In this document: in pieces, positions 1-13,503 of the stretch | Layout: each line of letters begins with the position of its first letter | Numbering within the stretch: position 1 is the first letter of the stretch | Assembly: GCF_006345805.1 (NCBI RefSeq) | Contig: NC_043009.1 | Coordinates: forward strand, 49,476,001-49,540,000 | Direction of reading: 5' to 3' | DNA length: 64,000 nt | Source: Octopus sinensis | Lineage: Eukaryota | Notes under the pieces: model-generated | The model's input: the letters and a program-made list of their open reading frames with translations, nothing else | What the model was told of the DNA's origin: nothing | Databases searched by the model: none | Made by a program: the position numbers and the translations under genes

Positions 1-819
1 CTTAAGACGATTGTTCAAATAAAAAATATATATTAATAAGTGGAAAAAAAAAGTTTATTCTTGTATGAAGGATTTTTTCCCCAAGTTTGTCAACAAAAAT
101 TTCCTCTGTCATTGATACCTGTTAGCAACAAAGTGATGTACTACTTTAACAAGGATTGAACCAGCTATCTCTTGAATGAGGAACCAGAGACATGTATTCT
201 CCTGATAATGGAACTAAGTGTCTTTTGGCAGCAGAAGTAGCAGTTTATCTTTCAGGGATAGTAGGTGTAGTGGTAGAGGTGGTGGTGGTGGTGGTGGTAA
301 TGTGGCAAGATGTCAACAATCTCTTAATAGGTCTTTCTCACCATCACCTTGTCTCTCTCTCCCTACATACTGCCCACCCAGTTCACTTAAATGGCAGTTA
401 CATGAAGGGTGGGGGTGAACTATAATTACATATATGCCAAGCATTAACTACAGAGAATTCACCATCAACAACAATAACAATGGCAACAACAACAACAAAA
501 GCAACAACAACAATTAAAGGAAGAAAGGTGTTGTATGGAAGGATGTAGATTCACCTGATCTGACACTGTCTAACACCCATCACCAACCCTGTGGTTCATG
601 AGGCTCTGGCTAGCCTCGTTAGACAAAGTCTAATTTCATTCCAGATTCACTAATGGTTAGACAGTTGTTAAAAGCTAATCCTTGCAGCCAACATTAAGTT
701 AATGGTAACTTAGAATACAACTTCAGTTTTATTCCAGATTCACTACTTTGCTAATATGGGGGTTGCAACGCCACATCAGTAACGAGTCATTTATTTCCAT
801 CTCTTGTCATTCAAGTCAA

Positions 820-1400
820 TGGGAGAAGTGTTGAAGGAAGGAAAGAGGAGAGAAACTGGTAAGGAGGAGTGGAAGGGTACTGGGAGTACAAAGACGAAGA
901 TCTAGGAGTAGGGGAGAGACAGCGAGAGAGATAGAGAATATTAAAGAAAAGAAACTGAAAGAGAGATAAAATATGAAGGAGAAAATAGGAAGAAAAGAGA
1001 GAAAAAGTAGAATGTAAGAGGAAATAGAGGGAGAGATATAGAGCAAGAGAGAAAGAGAGACAGAGATAGAGAGGAGAGACTGAGTGTGAGTGGTAAAGGA
1101 GAGAGAAAGAAAAGTGTGAAGATAGTCGTGAAAAGAGGAGAAAGAAGGAGAGGAATGAAAAAGAAGTGAGAGAAAGGAAGGTGTGTGAAAGAAAGAAAAG
1201 GACAGTGTAAAATGAAAGAGTGGGAAGAATGTAGAGAGGAGAGCAAGGAAGACGTGTGTAAAAAGACAGAGTGTGGAGAGAAAAAGAGTAAAGAAGGAGA
1301 GGGAAAAGGCAAAAAGATAAAGTGAAAGAGCAATAAAGCAGAGATAGAGAGAGAGAGAGAAGAAGAAGAATAGATGAAGAGAGAGAATCAGTAAAGCTGT
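820..1400. repeat. Purine-rich (GA/GAA-rich) low-complexity tract
   Basis: The + strand is almost entirely A/G for ~580 bp; the overlapping L/S/F-rich ORFs are its reverse translations. Confidence 0.9.
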
Positions 1401-2540
1401 TCATTTTACAATGTAAATTCTCCTCCTTCTTCACTGTCTGCCTTCATTTTACTGCAAGGTTAATTAACTATATGGTTTCAATTGTGTTCTAGACACTAGA
1501 GCAGTAACCTGAAGAGTTAGCAAAGCAAGAATACACAAGACACCAATGATCGGACCAACAAATATGGAGAGAGAGAAAGAGAGAGAGAGAAGGAAAGAGA
1601 AAAGGAGAGAGTGGATGGAAGAAAGGATGGAGAGACAATTTGAGATGAATATTATGACTGTAACAGAAAGAAAGGGGGTGAAGTTTTTAGTTGACATTTT
1701 AGAAAAAGAAAGGAAAAAAAAAATGAAACCCATCTAATTAACTATAACAAAATAACAAAATAAAATGGAAGGGAAAAATGAAAAAGGAAAAAATTTGTGA
1801 TGAAACAAAAAGGTTGGAAAAAATTGAAGTTAAAATCCCGCCCTCACTAAACAAAAAAAAAAAAAAGGAAGGAAGGAAAAACGAAATAAGAGATAAAAGC
1901 TAAATTAAAATGGAAATAAAACTTGTTGAAATTAAATTAAAGACAAAAATAGAAGTTATTTAAGGAAAACAAAAACAAGTGATTTTTCTAGAGATTGCAT
2001 TTCTATTGTTGATTTGACATAGGTTTACTATCTTTTGGTTGCACAATATCAATAGCACATTACATTTGTAGCCAGCTAGGAGAGAGAGAGAGAGGGAGAG
2101 AGAGAGAAAGAGAGAGAGAGAGGCGGGGGGAAGGAGTGAGAAGTACTTCACTATTTTTAAGGATAGTAAAAAGATGCTTCTCATCAACTCACCAGTCAGT
2201 ATAAAACAGACATAATAAAAATTAAAATATTAATAATAATAATTTGAATAAAAAAATAAATCAATAACCAAAAAATTGCATTCTTGAAAAATTGAAAAAA
2301 ACCCCAAAAAAACCCAAAAATAAAATCAAATAAAATAGAAACCTTCAAACAGTATTTATTGATCAGCTTTTGTTTCTTATAAGTTTTACCTTGTCTGGTC
2401 GGTAATATGTTATATTGGAGTGCCAAAGGTGTGAAGTTGGAAACTTCAGGTGTAAGTGAGAGTGTGTGTGCATATGAACAAGGTAATAAGTGATTCTAAG
2501 TTCAAATCACCCAACCCCCAACAAGTGGTTTTTTTTTTTT

Positions 2541-2668
2541 TGTTAATTAGGTCAACCTGTCCTTAATCCAGAAACACTGCATTTAGGATTTTATTATTTG
2601 ATGTAGCATGTTCTGAAGGAGATTTCTCTGCTATATGCAATAGGTTGAGTGATCATGTAAAATTAGCT
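2541..2668 (-). mobile_element. Family E degenerate fragment
   Basis: TTAATTAGGTCAACCTG and GGAGATTTCTCTGCTATATGCAATAGGTTGAGTGATC resemble the reverse complement of the E copies at 52261 and 19312. Confidence 0.45.
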
Positions 2669-2879
2669 TTTTGTATGTCTCCTGTGTGTGCGTCAAAAAA
2701 AATTCTGCTGAGATGAAATTGTACCATCACTCAGTACATCTCTAAACTACACTGAATGTTAACAGAAGCAGTGAGAATTGAACTACTAAACCTCTTTCCA
2801 TTGCACATTCTCACTAAATGAAGTTTAATTTTTCATTTATTTTATCATTATTAAAATTATTATTATTATTATTATTAAA

Positions 2880-3057
2880 AAGGCAGTGAACTGGCAGAAT
2901 CTTTAGGATGCTGGGCAAAATGCTTAGCGGTATTTCACCCGTCTTTATGTTCTGAATTCAAATTCTGCTGAGATCCACTTTACCTTTCATCCTTTTTGCT
3001 GCCCATGTGGAAAAATTGAAACCATTATTATTATTATTACTACTACTACTACTACTA

Positions 3058-3088
<31 letters not shown>
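2880..3088 (+). mobile_element. SINE family B, B2 tail, internally deleted, with (ATT)n(ACT)n tail
   Basis: Head AGGCAGTGAACTGGCAGAATC...TTCTGAATTCAAATTCTGCTGAG matches 18641 onward. It ends TTGCTGCCCATGTGGAAAAATTGAAACC then (ATT)n, like the reverse complement of 35305-35330. (ATT)n also precedes the head (2856-2876). Confidence 0.8.
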
Positions 3089-5994
3089 TTTGATCTTGTT
3101 TATTGCTGGTTTAAAGAATGCTTATAAATATAGTTGTTTTAGGCAGAAGGGTTCCTACACTTGGCCTGAATTGAAGTGGAAGTGGTAGGGAACCAATTTG
3201 ATCATTTGAGCGATATTAGTATTTAATTATTATTGCTACAGATGGAATAGACATGAGGTCTAGAAAAAGTGAAACATAAATGAGAGAGAGAGGGAGATGA
3301 TACTATTGAAATGGTTTGGGGTATGGATGGCATGGAAGAGATGAGTAGTAAGTTGAGTAGAGCGGAGACTATTGAAGCTGCAGCAGAAGAAGCAAAAAGA
3401 TGGTACAGTTCTATGGTAGGTCAGAGTTTGGAAGAGTTATATTACAGTTGTTGTGTTCTTCTCTAAAAAGCTGGAAACTTCAAAATTTTTCTTGATGCAA
3501 GTTGGAATGGTGAGCCTCTGTGTGTGTGTGGGGGGGGGGGTGATATGTGGGTTCAATAGGCTGAGTGAGAGCAATTCTTTTTAATGTGTGGTTGTATGTG
3601 TTTTGCAGCGAGTTTAGCAGCTGTTTTGGTGGAGAAAGTGATAGGTGAAACCAATAAACTCTGCCACTTTAACAATCATTCAATGTAGTTATCCCATCTA
3701 GAATGTTAAGCAGAGTAGAGAAAATGTGGACAACACACCTGCTACTCAGGGTTACTTTGTTGTTTGTGTTGTATTTCTCTACCAAAACCCTTCGTCCAGA
3801 AATACTTCATTGCTCTTTTTAGAAAAAGCATGGAACCTTACTGAATAGATCAGCAAAGAAACCATCTGCTTTGCTACAGAAGGCCAAAGAGCAACTTTAA
3901 TCTTTCCTTTTAAGTAAGACCCGACAGAAAATAGAGATGAAAAGGCGAAAATCTGTATTTGTGTGTTTATGCAAACTTGCATATATGTATGAATGTACCC
4001 ACGCACACACACACACACACACACACATTTAAGTGTTAGTGCATGTGTGTGTGTGTGTTCACATGCATAAGCATGATCATCGTAATGAACCTTATATACA
4101 ACAGTAAGCCCATTTCCAATTCACCAATTCATTTTGCACAATCTATCAAGGAAGGTGAGGAAGGGTTATTCTGATTTGGCAGTGACTACAGAACCCTAAT
4201 AAATTCCAAGATCTTATTCATCAAAAGCTGTCCTTTTCAGTGATAGATTCATAGACTTCAACAGAAACTGGCTGCTGATTATAAGATCAAGAAGAAGAAT
4301 GATAGAAATATGTTCAAATATTTATTCATTTAATCATAACATATCAAATATTTATTAACTTTATCAATAAATATTTTGAAAGATATTTTATTAACTTTAT
4401 CGATATATAAATATTTACAAAGATATATATAGACAATAATTGTATGATAATATAACAAATATTTATCAACTCTTTCAGCAGAATAATTCTTTCTCACGTA
4501 TTCTCAGCCTCTCTCTCTCTCTTTTTCTCTCTCTTCAAACAGACACGCTCAATGTGACTTTTGAGAAGTCTCACAATAGTTATACACCTTCATGTTTAGA
4601 ATCCAAGGTTTGATTTATTGATCTAAAAAAGCAAAGGGGGTTTTATAGCATTTCTATTAATGAGCGGACATTGGTAAAGTGAACAATGCAAAAAAATATT
4701 TTTAGCTACAAATTTAGATTGAACCCACTTGCCTGTGTTTCAAAAGCTAGCTTTATTATTCCGTATTGCCATGCTAACCTCAAAATAATGAGAAAAAAAA
4801 ACCAAAAAACAAACAAAAAAAAAAACAAACACACATTCATCTTCAGCCAGCCCACCCACCAACCTACGCCAGAACCATTACAAACCACCAATGCCTGGAC
4901 ACATCAAGAAAAGTAAGGAAAAAAAGAAAAGAAAATAGCCTAATCCCACAATTCATAGCAGCTTAACTAAGCCATTAAAGCTCAACTTTATTATTACATC
5001 AGCTTTGAAGTTACAAGACAATGGGTTTGTCCCTTTACCAAAAATAACATAAAAAGGTTTGCTGAACACTAAATTTCACACCTTAATTATGATCAGCAAG
5101 CAATAATTTTGTTGCTCAGAATTTCAGAAGTTTGTTTATTTTTATTATTTTATTTTATTTCACACACTCACACACATACACATATATATATGTATATATA
5201 TATATATCAGAACGCCTAATATTTTATAATGTAGCTATTTCCAAATTGAGAGCTCAGGTTTACGATTGTTCCTGGCACTACTAGCCAGATTTAATACATA
5301 TTGGAATACAGTCATTTTTTTTTTTACATATATTTCTTTTTGTGTTTTTTTTTTAGTTTTTATTTATTTTTATATATAACATCTAAGGAAATCTAACTAA
5401 CTGTTTGTTACATAGACCATTTCAGAGATGTAAAAATCAATAATACAGTGGAACCTAACAACATAAGCTAACATACCTAAGTGAATTGCTGGTAACCGTA
5501 GTAACCATTTCTTTAATGGAGGTAGAGGGGATGGTTATGGTAGTGGCAAATAAAATGTAAATGGGCAAAGTAAATAATAATAATAATAATAATAATAACA
5601 ATAATAATAATAATAATGATAACAACAACAATAATAAAACAGAAATAAATTGTCCATTTTCGAAAATTTTACAAGAGAAGAAAACCTGACATTTACTGGT
5701 GTATCTTTCTATATTCGAGATTAAATAAACTCCTGGTTCAAAATTAGCACCACCAGAAGAAACACTTAAAAGGATTTCTTTCCAAAATCTTACAGAACTG
5801 CACCCACTAAATTCAGCCAATTTGGCAAGAATCTTAAGCAAGTTTTGGCTCAGTAAAGAAATTTAATTAGTCGAAACCAGCCTTAGGTGTTCATGTCGAG
5901 CACGCAGAAGAACCAACGTCGAACTGTGTGTGTATGTGTGTATCGATTGGTTAGACAGATCTAAGAGCCAAAGTAGCTGGTAGCTACAACTGGA

Positions 5995-6058
5995 TGGATA
6001 GATAGATAGATAGATCGATGGATAGATAGATAGATAGATCGATGGATAGATAGATAGG
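5995..6058. repeat. (GATA)n microsatellite
   Basis: Direct reading, with two GATC interruptions. Confidence 0.95.
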
Positions 6059-8045
6059 TAAAGTGGTTAGGTAAGGGAGTAAGTAATCAAACTATCTTTA
6101 TGGTGAATACTTATAAAGTAATGGCAATTCTTCAGAAAGACGTGGAATACATGAAGTTCGGAGACCATCACTGCCACAACCACCATAACCACCACCACCA
6201 CCACCATCTCAAAAACTGCTGCCACCACCACCATCATTTTAATCATTACTACCAGCCTTACTGACCACTGCTACCACTATTACACTGAGCCCCCTACTCC
6301 ACCATCACAAATACCACTGTAATCACCACCACCACCAATGCTAACACCTCCCCACCACAATGACTACTATTACCACCACCACAACTGCAATCATCACCAA
6401 CCGCTACTAGTGCTACTCCACCACCACCACCACCTACCTCATGCTTCCAACTTCCATCTAAAGTTGTCAGGCTATATTCGAAAGGTGGCATCAGGTGGCC
6501 AAGTTTAATCACGTCCACACAATCGCTCCACATACCAAGAGAAGTGCAGATAGGAAGAAGAAAGAAAGAAAGAAAGAGAAAAACTGAAGGAGTGTGGGGG
6601 GGGGGAAGAGAAAACTTGGAGGCTTGAATTCTTGAATATCAAAACTAGTCTGATTGATATGCGCTTCAGCTGACCTTTTCTAAGTAAAATAGCCTGGAAG
6701 AGTTTAACACTCTTCTCAAATTGAAATAACTTACAGAATGAGATAATTAAAGAAAACAACCATTTTTACCTCTCTCTCTCCCCCTCTCTCTCTCTCTCTC
6801 TCTCTCCCTCCCTCTCTCTCTCTCTCTCTCATCACTGAAAGTGAAACTGGCTTTCTTTCCCTCACACTTCTCAGCAACTTTTGCTTTGCCAAATACATTA
6901 TACAAAGACAAACATAATACTCATACATACATACAGACAGACAGACACAGATGCAAACATATGCACATGTAAATATAAATATGCATACATACAAAGCCTT
7001 GCACACACACACACATACACACACATACAAAGACATAAAAAGTACATATGCAACAAAAACATAAAAAGCACACATACAAAAGCATAAAAAGATACACACA
7101 GACACAAATAAATGCACAAACAGATACACACTTGTACTCATACATATGCATGCACACACACACATATAAACAAACACACAGAGAGGGATAGTCATTTGCA
7201 TACACATATATATATATACAAAGATGTATACATAGCAACAGACAACTGCACATACCTACACAGGAGCGTGTGCTTGCATTTCATTGTCAATGTATCATTG
7301 GAAACGACATTTAGATGATCGAAACAATACTGCATTACCTCTGCTTCTACATTAGAGAGTGTCACTGTCAAGGAAGACAACTCAACAATGCTAACATGTT
7401 CAAAATGGGTTCGTTTATTGTAGGTCACACACTGAGCAGAATGTGCGATGTAATGGTTATTATCTTTGCAACATCGCTTTTTTTTCTATGTCTTTTTTGT
7501 CTTTTTTTTTGTTAATTCAAAGATTGTTGATTCAAGCAAGATACTGTTGATGTTGTCAAACTAAAGATTAATGCCGTATTGAGTTTTTAAAACCAGAGAG
7601 TGTCATAAAAGTTAGTTCACAGAAATAAAGGCATGCACACACACACACACGCACAAAAAAAAAACTTAATAATAATTAATAAAAAAAAATATTGAGTGGG
7701 GAGGGATTTGAGACTTTCCTCCATGTTCTGAAAAAACGAGAAAAAAAAATGTCAATTTTTGAGGCCTGATGTAACAGAATATTATAATTAAAGGGAATAA
7801 AATTGAAGGGAAATACTCTTTTCCAGATTTCACCAATAGCAGGCACAAAAGGAAATATAAAATGTTATCATCAACTGTCATTGTTCATGGTGATTACTAC
7901 TATCACCACCATCACCACAATTATCATTATTACTATCATTATTATCATTATCATTATTATTATTGTTATCATCATCATCATCATTATTATTCAGGCCTTG
8001 TGCCAACAGCAGAAAGAATTATTATCATTATTCACTTGCTGCTGA

Positions 8046-8081
<36 letters not shown>

Positions 8082-8619
8082 ACTTTGCTACAGCGCAATC
8101 CAGATCTGAATCTTGATACCACTAACAAGCCAGAAGTCACCGAGTACTGTGAAGAAGTGTTGGTAGCAGTGGAGGTGGTAAAGTAGTGGTTGTGGTATGG
8201 GGTGGGGTGGGAGGGGAGAGAGAGGGAGACCACATCAACTGGTTGATGATCCAAGCAGTTAATGGGTGGAAATTGTAAATGTCAAATATATATATATATA
8301 TACCTACACATACAGATTAAATATGTGTGTATACATACATAAATATATATATATAATTCCATGATATTCTGTCTTCTTTAACCCTCTTACCCTAATTCCC
8401 TTTCTATCATCAAACACCTATTTTACCCTTTCAGTCCCTTTTTGAACAAATATTGACAACAATTAAGTCAGTGAAGATTCAGTTTTTCAGAGGAAAAGGT
8501 AACTTCTGTAGTGTTGGTGCCCTGATAAAATGCATCCATTTCCTGTCAAGGAAAGACAAACATATAGGGTACAGAGGACTGTTTAGTCTACTCTTACTGA
8601 GAACATGGCAACCTCTGCA

Positions 8620-8850
8620 GTGTTGGCGCCATGGTAAAATGCATCGATATATTCTGTAAAGTGGTTGGTATTATAAAGGGGTGACCAATCATAGAAACCA
8701 TGCCAAAATGGGAGGTTCTAGTGATGTATAATCACTGACCTGTCTAATAGGAAAGTGACTCCAAACAATAATTGGTTAAGAATATGATGACCTGTCCAAC
8801 CCATGCCAGCATGGAAAGGGGCTGTAAAATGATGATTATGATGATGATTA
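8620..8850 (+). mobile_element. Family C-related diverged copy
   Basis: GTTGGCGCCATGGTAAAATGCA...CTGTAAAGTGGTTGGTATTA at the start and GACCTGTCCAACCCATGCCAGCATGGAAA...AAATGATGAT at the end match the C tail at 63640-63700. Confidence 0.65.
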
Positions 8851-9468
8851 TGTTATAAGAGAGAGTGATGACTGTCAACAATGAAGGGAGGTACTAAAAG
8901 TAATGGATAACAATGAAGATGTGTGGTGTGTATGAGACAGAGAGAGAGAGGGAGGGAGAGAGAGGGGGGAGAGAGAGAATGATATACAAACAGTAATCAA
9001 TGTTACTAACTATTGAGCTTGAGACAGATGGGGGTGATGGCTATCAAGAGGGAAAGGTGATGTAGGGGGCATTGAATACAAATAGTTGAAATAAATCTAA
9101 TGCCATCCATTTTACACATATGTTTATGTAAATATATGACCAATCTTTACTTCAGCTTTTCCATGCATACTAAGAGAGAGACAGAGAGAGAAAGAGAGAG
9201 AGAGAGAGAAAGAAAGAGAGAGAGAGAGAGAGACTAATGGCCACACCACTGTGCAAATTAGTTTATCCATGCCTGATTTGAAAACTGATAAAGAGGTTAG
9301 TAAGTGGCAGTAGGTATCATTAATTAAAATGATATGGTACTGATACTAATTTTAACTAAATAATAGGGCATGTGTGTGTGTGAGGGAGGGGGGGAGGGAG
9401 TAGGAGAGCCGACGGGGGGGGAGGGGAAAAAGAGTAGGAAACCTCAGAGAGTATGATAAAGAGAATGT

Positions 9469-9472
<4 letters not shown>

Positions 9473-9534
<62 letters not shown>
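9473..9534. repeat. (GA)n microsatellite
   Basis: About 30 GA units, read directly. Confidence 0.95.
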
Positions 9535-9539
<5 letters not shown>

Positions 9540-9997
9540 AATGAATAAACATGAGATAAACTAAAACTAAAAGCTGACAAGAAAGAAATCATCATCATCA
9601 TCATCAATATTATCACAACACAGCATTGTTGATATTTTATGTGTCAGCTTTTTCATAACATTTGGTTAGACAAATTTTTTTTTTTTTTACATCTCATCCC
9701 CCACCACCCCCACTCTCTTCCTCTCAAATCTCTCTTGCTATTTCAGGTTATCTTTGAGGTCACCATTACCTTAACATAAAAGAGTTACCTCCCTCCACCA
9801 TCATAACAACCACCACCACCACCACCACCACAACACTTTCTATCCCATAATTCCCTGCCACTCTTGTACACCCATATCATAGCAATGTTTTATAAATAGC
9901 TTTTTACAATCCCTTCAGTACTTTTACAATTTTTCTTTTAGCTAAATATATCTAGGATTTATATATCCGTGACAGAGACAGTAATAACACCAAAGGG

Positions 9998-10268
9998 TAA
10001 TATTTACCTCCACTTAAACAAGGGTGTCCTATTAGGACAAACCATACTACAGCAATTACCACGAGAGGAACTTTTGTATTGGCTTTTTGACGCAAACTGC
10101 ACTCTTGTTTATATCACTCACAGTATGTGGGGGAGGTATTTCCCCATCAGCAATATAAATAAGAGTGCATTTTGCACCAAAAAGCCAATATCAGTTTCTT
10201 TCATGGTAAACCACTGCAGTATAGTTTGTCCTAATAAGACATCATGTTTAAGTGAGAATAAATATTAT
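9998..10268. repeat. Long imperfect inverted repeat (foldback); candidate palindromic MITE
   Basis: The reverse complement of 9998-10116 aligns by eye to 10152-10268 at roughly 80% identity (e.g. AAGAGTGCA, CAAAAAGCCAATA, GTTTGTCCTAATA, TGTTTAAGTG). The 35-nt spacer has its own GGGGA/TCCCC mini-stem. Confidence 0.85.
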
Positions 10269-10914
10269 ATCTCAGATTTGTTTAGGATTGAACCCAAGAT
10301 GTAAAATTTCTAACAGTACTAAATAAATATACTAAGTGCCATTATTTTGTTCTTATTTTCTTTCTTTATTCTCTATGCTTGTAAATTGATAAGCATTATG
10401 TCTCAATATAGAAAAAGTCATGAAAGACTTTATAGTTCAGACTTTTCTTCTATAGGTTCCATGGCCATCACTGGAAACATTGTTTAATTGTGGTGTATCT
10501 CTTAGCAATTCAGTTGAGAAGTGCCCATCACACTCTGAGTTATATATACTCACATTCTACAGCTCAACTGAGGTCCTGCACGAAGCTAAACACTCACTAT
10601 AGCTGCAATTATATCCCCTGAAATCCCTAAGCAATACACCCACTGCAAACAATCATTGTTTCAATGTCCACTTTCCCATGCTTGCATTGGTTGGACTTAC
10701 ATTTGTATATACATATGTATATGCATACTTACATATTAACATTTGTTGAAGCAGATTTCTTATAGCTTGTTTTCAAGTAAGTAACATTCCCCATGACCAG
10801 ACGTGATTTCACAGAAGACTGGAAACAAAGGACACCACTTACATGATGGTAACATTCGTTTACAGCTATTATGTGGAGCCAAGCCAAAGAGACTGTAACG
10901 CATACACACAGAGA

Positions 10915-11130
10915 GGTTTCTTTCAGTTTCCTTCTACCAAGCATATGTGTGTATGTGTATATATATATGACAGGCTTCTTTTAGTTTTCATCTACCAAAT
11001 CCACTCACAAGCCTTTGGTTGGTCCAAGAGTATATTAAAAGATACTTGTCCAAGGTGTTGCACAATGAGACTGAACTCGGAACCATGTGGTTGTGAAGCA
11101 ACCTTCTTACCACACAACCATACATGCTCC
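10915..11130 (-). mobile_element. SINE family A, 5' half, diverged
   Basis: CTACCAAATCCACTCACAAG...ACTTGTCCAAGGTG...GAACTCGGAACCATGTGGTTG...CTTACCACAC matches the reverse complement of 53084-53240; the TTTCAGTTTCC..CTACCAA segment occurs twice. Confidence 0.8.
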
Positions 11131-12593
11131 TATATGGTGGTCCCTATTTACTTACACCATGCTACTCTTTGTTTTACAAAATCTAACCTTACTCTTCACT
11201 ATAAAAACCAGTATCGGTAAAAGTGAGGATAGGCATTTGGCAAAGAGGAATAAATTAGTTTGCCATGAGGAAAAGAAGAAATTTGATGTTTGGGCCTGGC
11301 CTTGAGCCCTTCGTCTTTTTTTACACTCCTATTGAGAATTATTTTAAAAAAACTATCTTTGTTTCTACTCGCCATTCTAGTGGTAGCAGTAGTAGTGGTG
11401 TTGAGAATCTGGAAAAGGGGTAGACCATGATTATTTAAAGATGAATGAGAGGAGAGAGAGTGAGTGAGGTGTGTGTGTGTGGTGGTGGCTTGTATTTAGT
11501 TCAGTGGAAATAAATGCAAGAGCTTCGGAACTGCACAGGAACCTAACACAAACCTCCATTACGTTAATTGTGATAAGCACATGCATGCACATAGCTATCC
11601 ATATCCATGTGTACCCATACACACACACAAACACAGTCATTCATACCCATGCATACACACACACACAATCTTCGTGAATACACAACGGCAGTGTTCATCG
11701 AGGATGGCAGACAGACAACAAAAGGGGTGAAGAAAGGGAGCAGTAGAAGAGTAGCTGGGTGAAAAAGGGGTGCCTCAGTAAAATAGAAACAGTTGTCAAT
11801 GACAACACGGAGGAGAGGATGGGAGTAGTTGCAGAGGGTGGGGAGAAGGGGGAATGAGGAGGAGGAGGGAGAAGAGAGACAAGAATGGGCCACCACCAAG
11901 AGAGAATGAATTGAGTAAGGAGGAAAGGAGAGCAACAACAAACAGTCTAACTTCAAAGGCAACAACAACAACAACAACAACACCAACTGATATTATAAAA
12001 AGCAACAATGAAAATATAGAAGATTATCATTATTGTTGCTGTTGTTGTTGTTGTTGTTGTTGTCGTCGCCGTCATCATCATGTGGAAATTCTTTGCTCTC
12101 CCCTAAATATACTTTTGCCTGGTGGAATGTCCGATTAATCCGAGCGGAAACAAGAAAACTAGCAGATTCAGTTTAAAAAGGTTCTGCAGCTCAGAAATAT
12201 AAAAATAATAATAATAAAAAGAGAGAAATATTGTGTGCATTTTTTTTTTTAAATTGAGGGTGGGGGTGGGGGGTATAAAGGAGGCTGGAGAGAAAGAAAG
12301 AAAGAGTAAGGAAAGATTTAAACTCTTCCATCAGTTAAAAAAATATGAAATAAAGACACAGCAAAAAAAACTTCAATGTAGGGAAGGAAAAAAAAATGTA
12401 TACTTTTTTTTTTTTTTAATATAAAGTAAAGGGATTTGTGGGCAGAAAAAAATCTCAGAATAAAGAACCCCTTAGAAAAAAATCTAAAAGAAAAACTTGT
12501 AAACTTACATTTAGGAAAGGAGAAAAGAATTTACTTAAATAGCTAAAAGAATAATTGAATTATTCACAATGATTATGACAACAATGATGATAA

Positions 12594-12595
<2 letters not shown>

Positions 12596-12646
<51 letters not shown>
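12596..12646. repeat. (ATT)n microsatellite
   Basis: Direct reading. Confidence 0.95.
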
Positions 12647-12648
<2 letters not shown>

Positions 12649-13059
12649 CAGTATAAATATCCCTCTTTCCATGTTATTAATGCTAGTAAAGGAATTACAG
12701 TTTATTCGTGTAAAATATTTTGTCAAGAGTGAAGTTCTATTCTAATCCTTTCTTAGGAAATTAAATGGTTGAAAACCAAGAATTTATTACTGTTTTATTG
12801 CAAAGATATAAGGTCTGACGTTCTTTAGTTGTTTATTAAAATGAATTCAATGAGAATTGTTTGTTTGTTTGTTTGTTTGTTTATTTGTTGTTTTGTTTTG
12901 TAGTTGTTGTTGTTGTTTTTCTTTTGACTTTGATAATGTTAATAGTGTTGGTGGTTAGAGTAAAACTTTGGTGGTAGACAAATATTGCTAGAAATAATGA
13001 GCTTTGTTATTACATAAGGATTAAAATTACATATATTCACTTGCAAACAAACTGCATGT

Positions 13060-13169
13060 GTGTATGTATGTACGTATGTATATGTGTGTGTGTGTGTGTG
13101 TATGCACATTGCACTATATATAAGAATCTGTACCGAACTGTGTATGTGCTTCTATGCATATTTGAATGA

Positions 13170-13231
<62 letters not shown>

Positions 13232-13328
13232 CATACATACATACATATGCATATGTATATACACATACATGCATATGCATATATACATTCATATGTATAT
13301 ACACATACATGCATATGTATATATGCAT

Positions 13329-13361
<33 letters not shown>

Positions 13362-13441
13362 CATACATATATATATATAAATACATATATTATACATGCA
13401 TATATATATAATATATATATATAAATACATATATATATACA

Positions 13442-13503
<62 letters not shown>

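Noticed and set aside
811-1434. 207-aa L/S/F-rich ORF resembling a membrane protein
   Set aside because: It is the reverse translation of a GA-rich low-complexity tract.
9969-10304. 111-aa ORF (MTETVITPKG...)
   Set aside because: It starts at GTG, spans the inverted repeat and has no recognisable homology; the foldback explains the region better.
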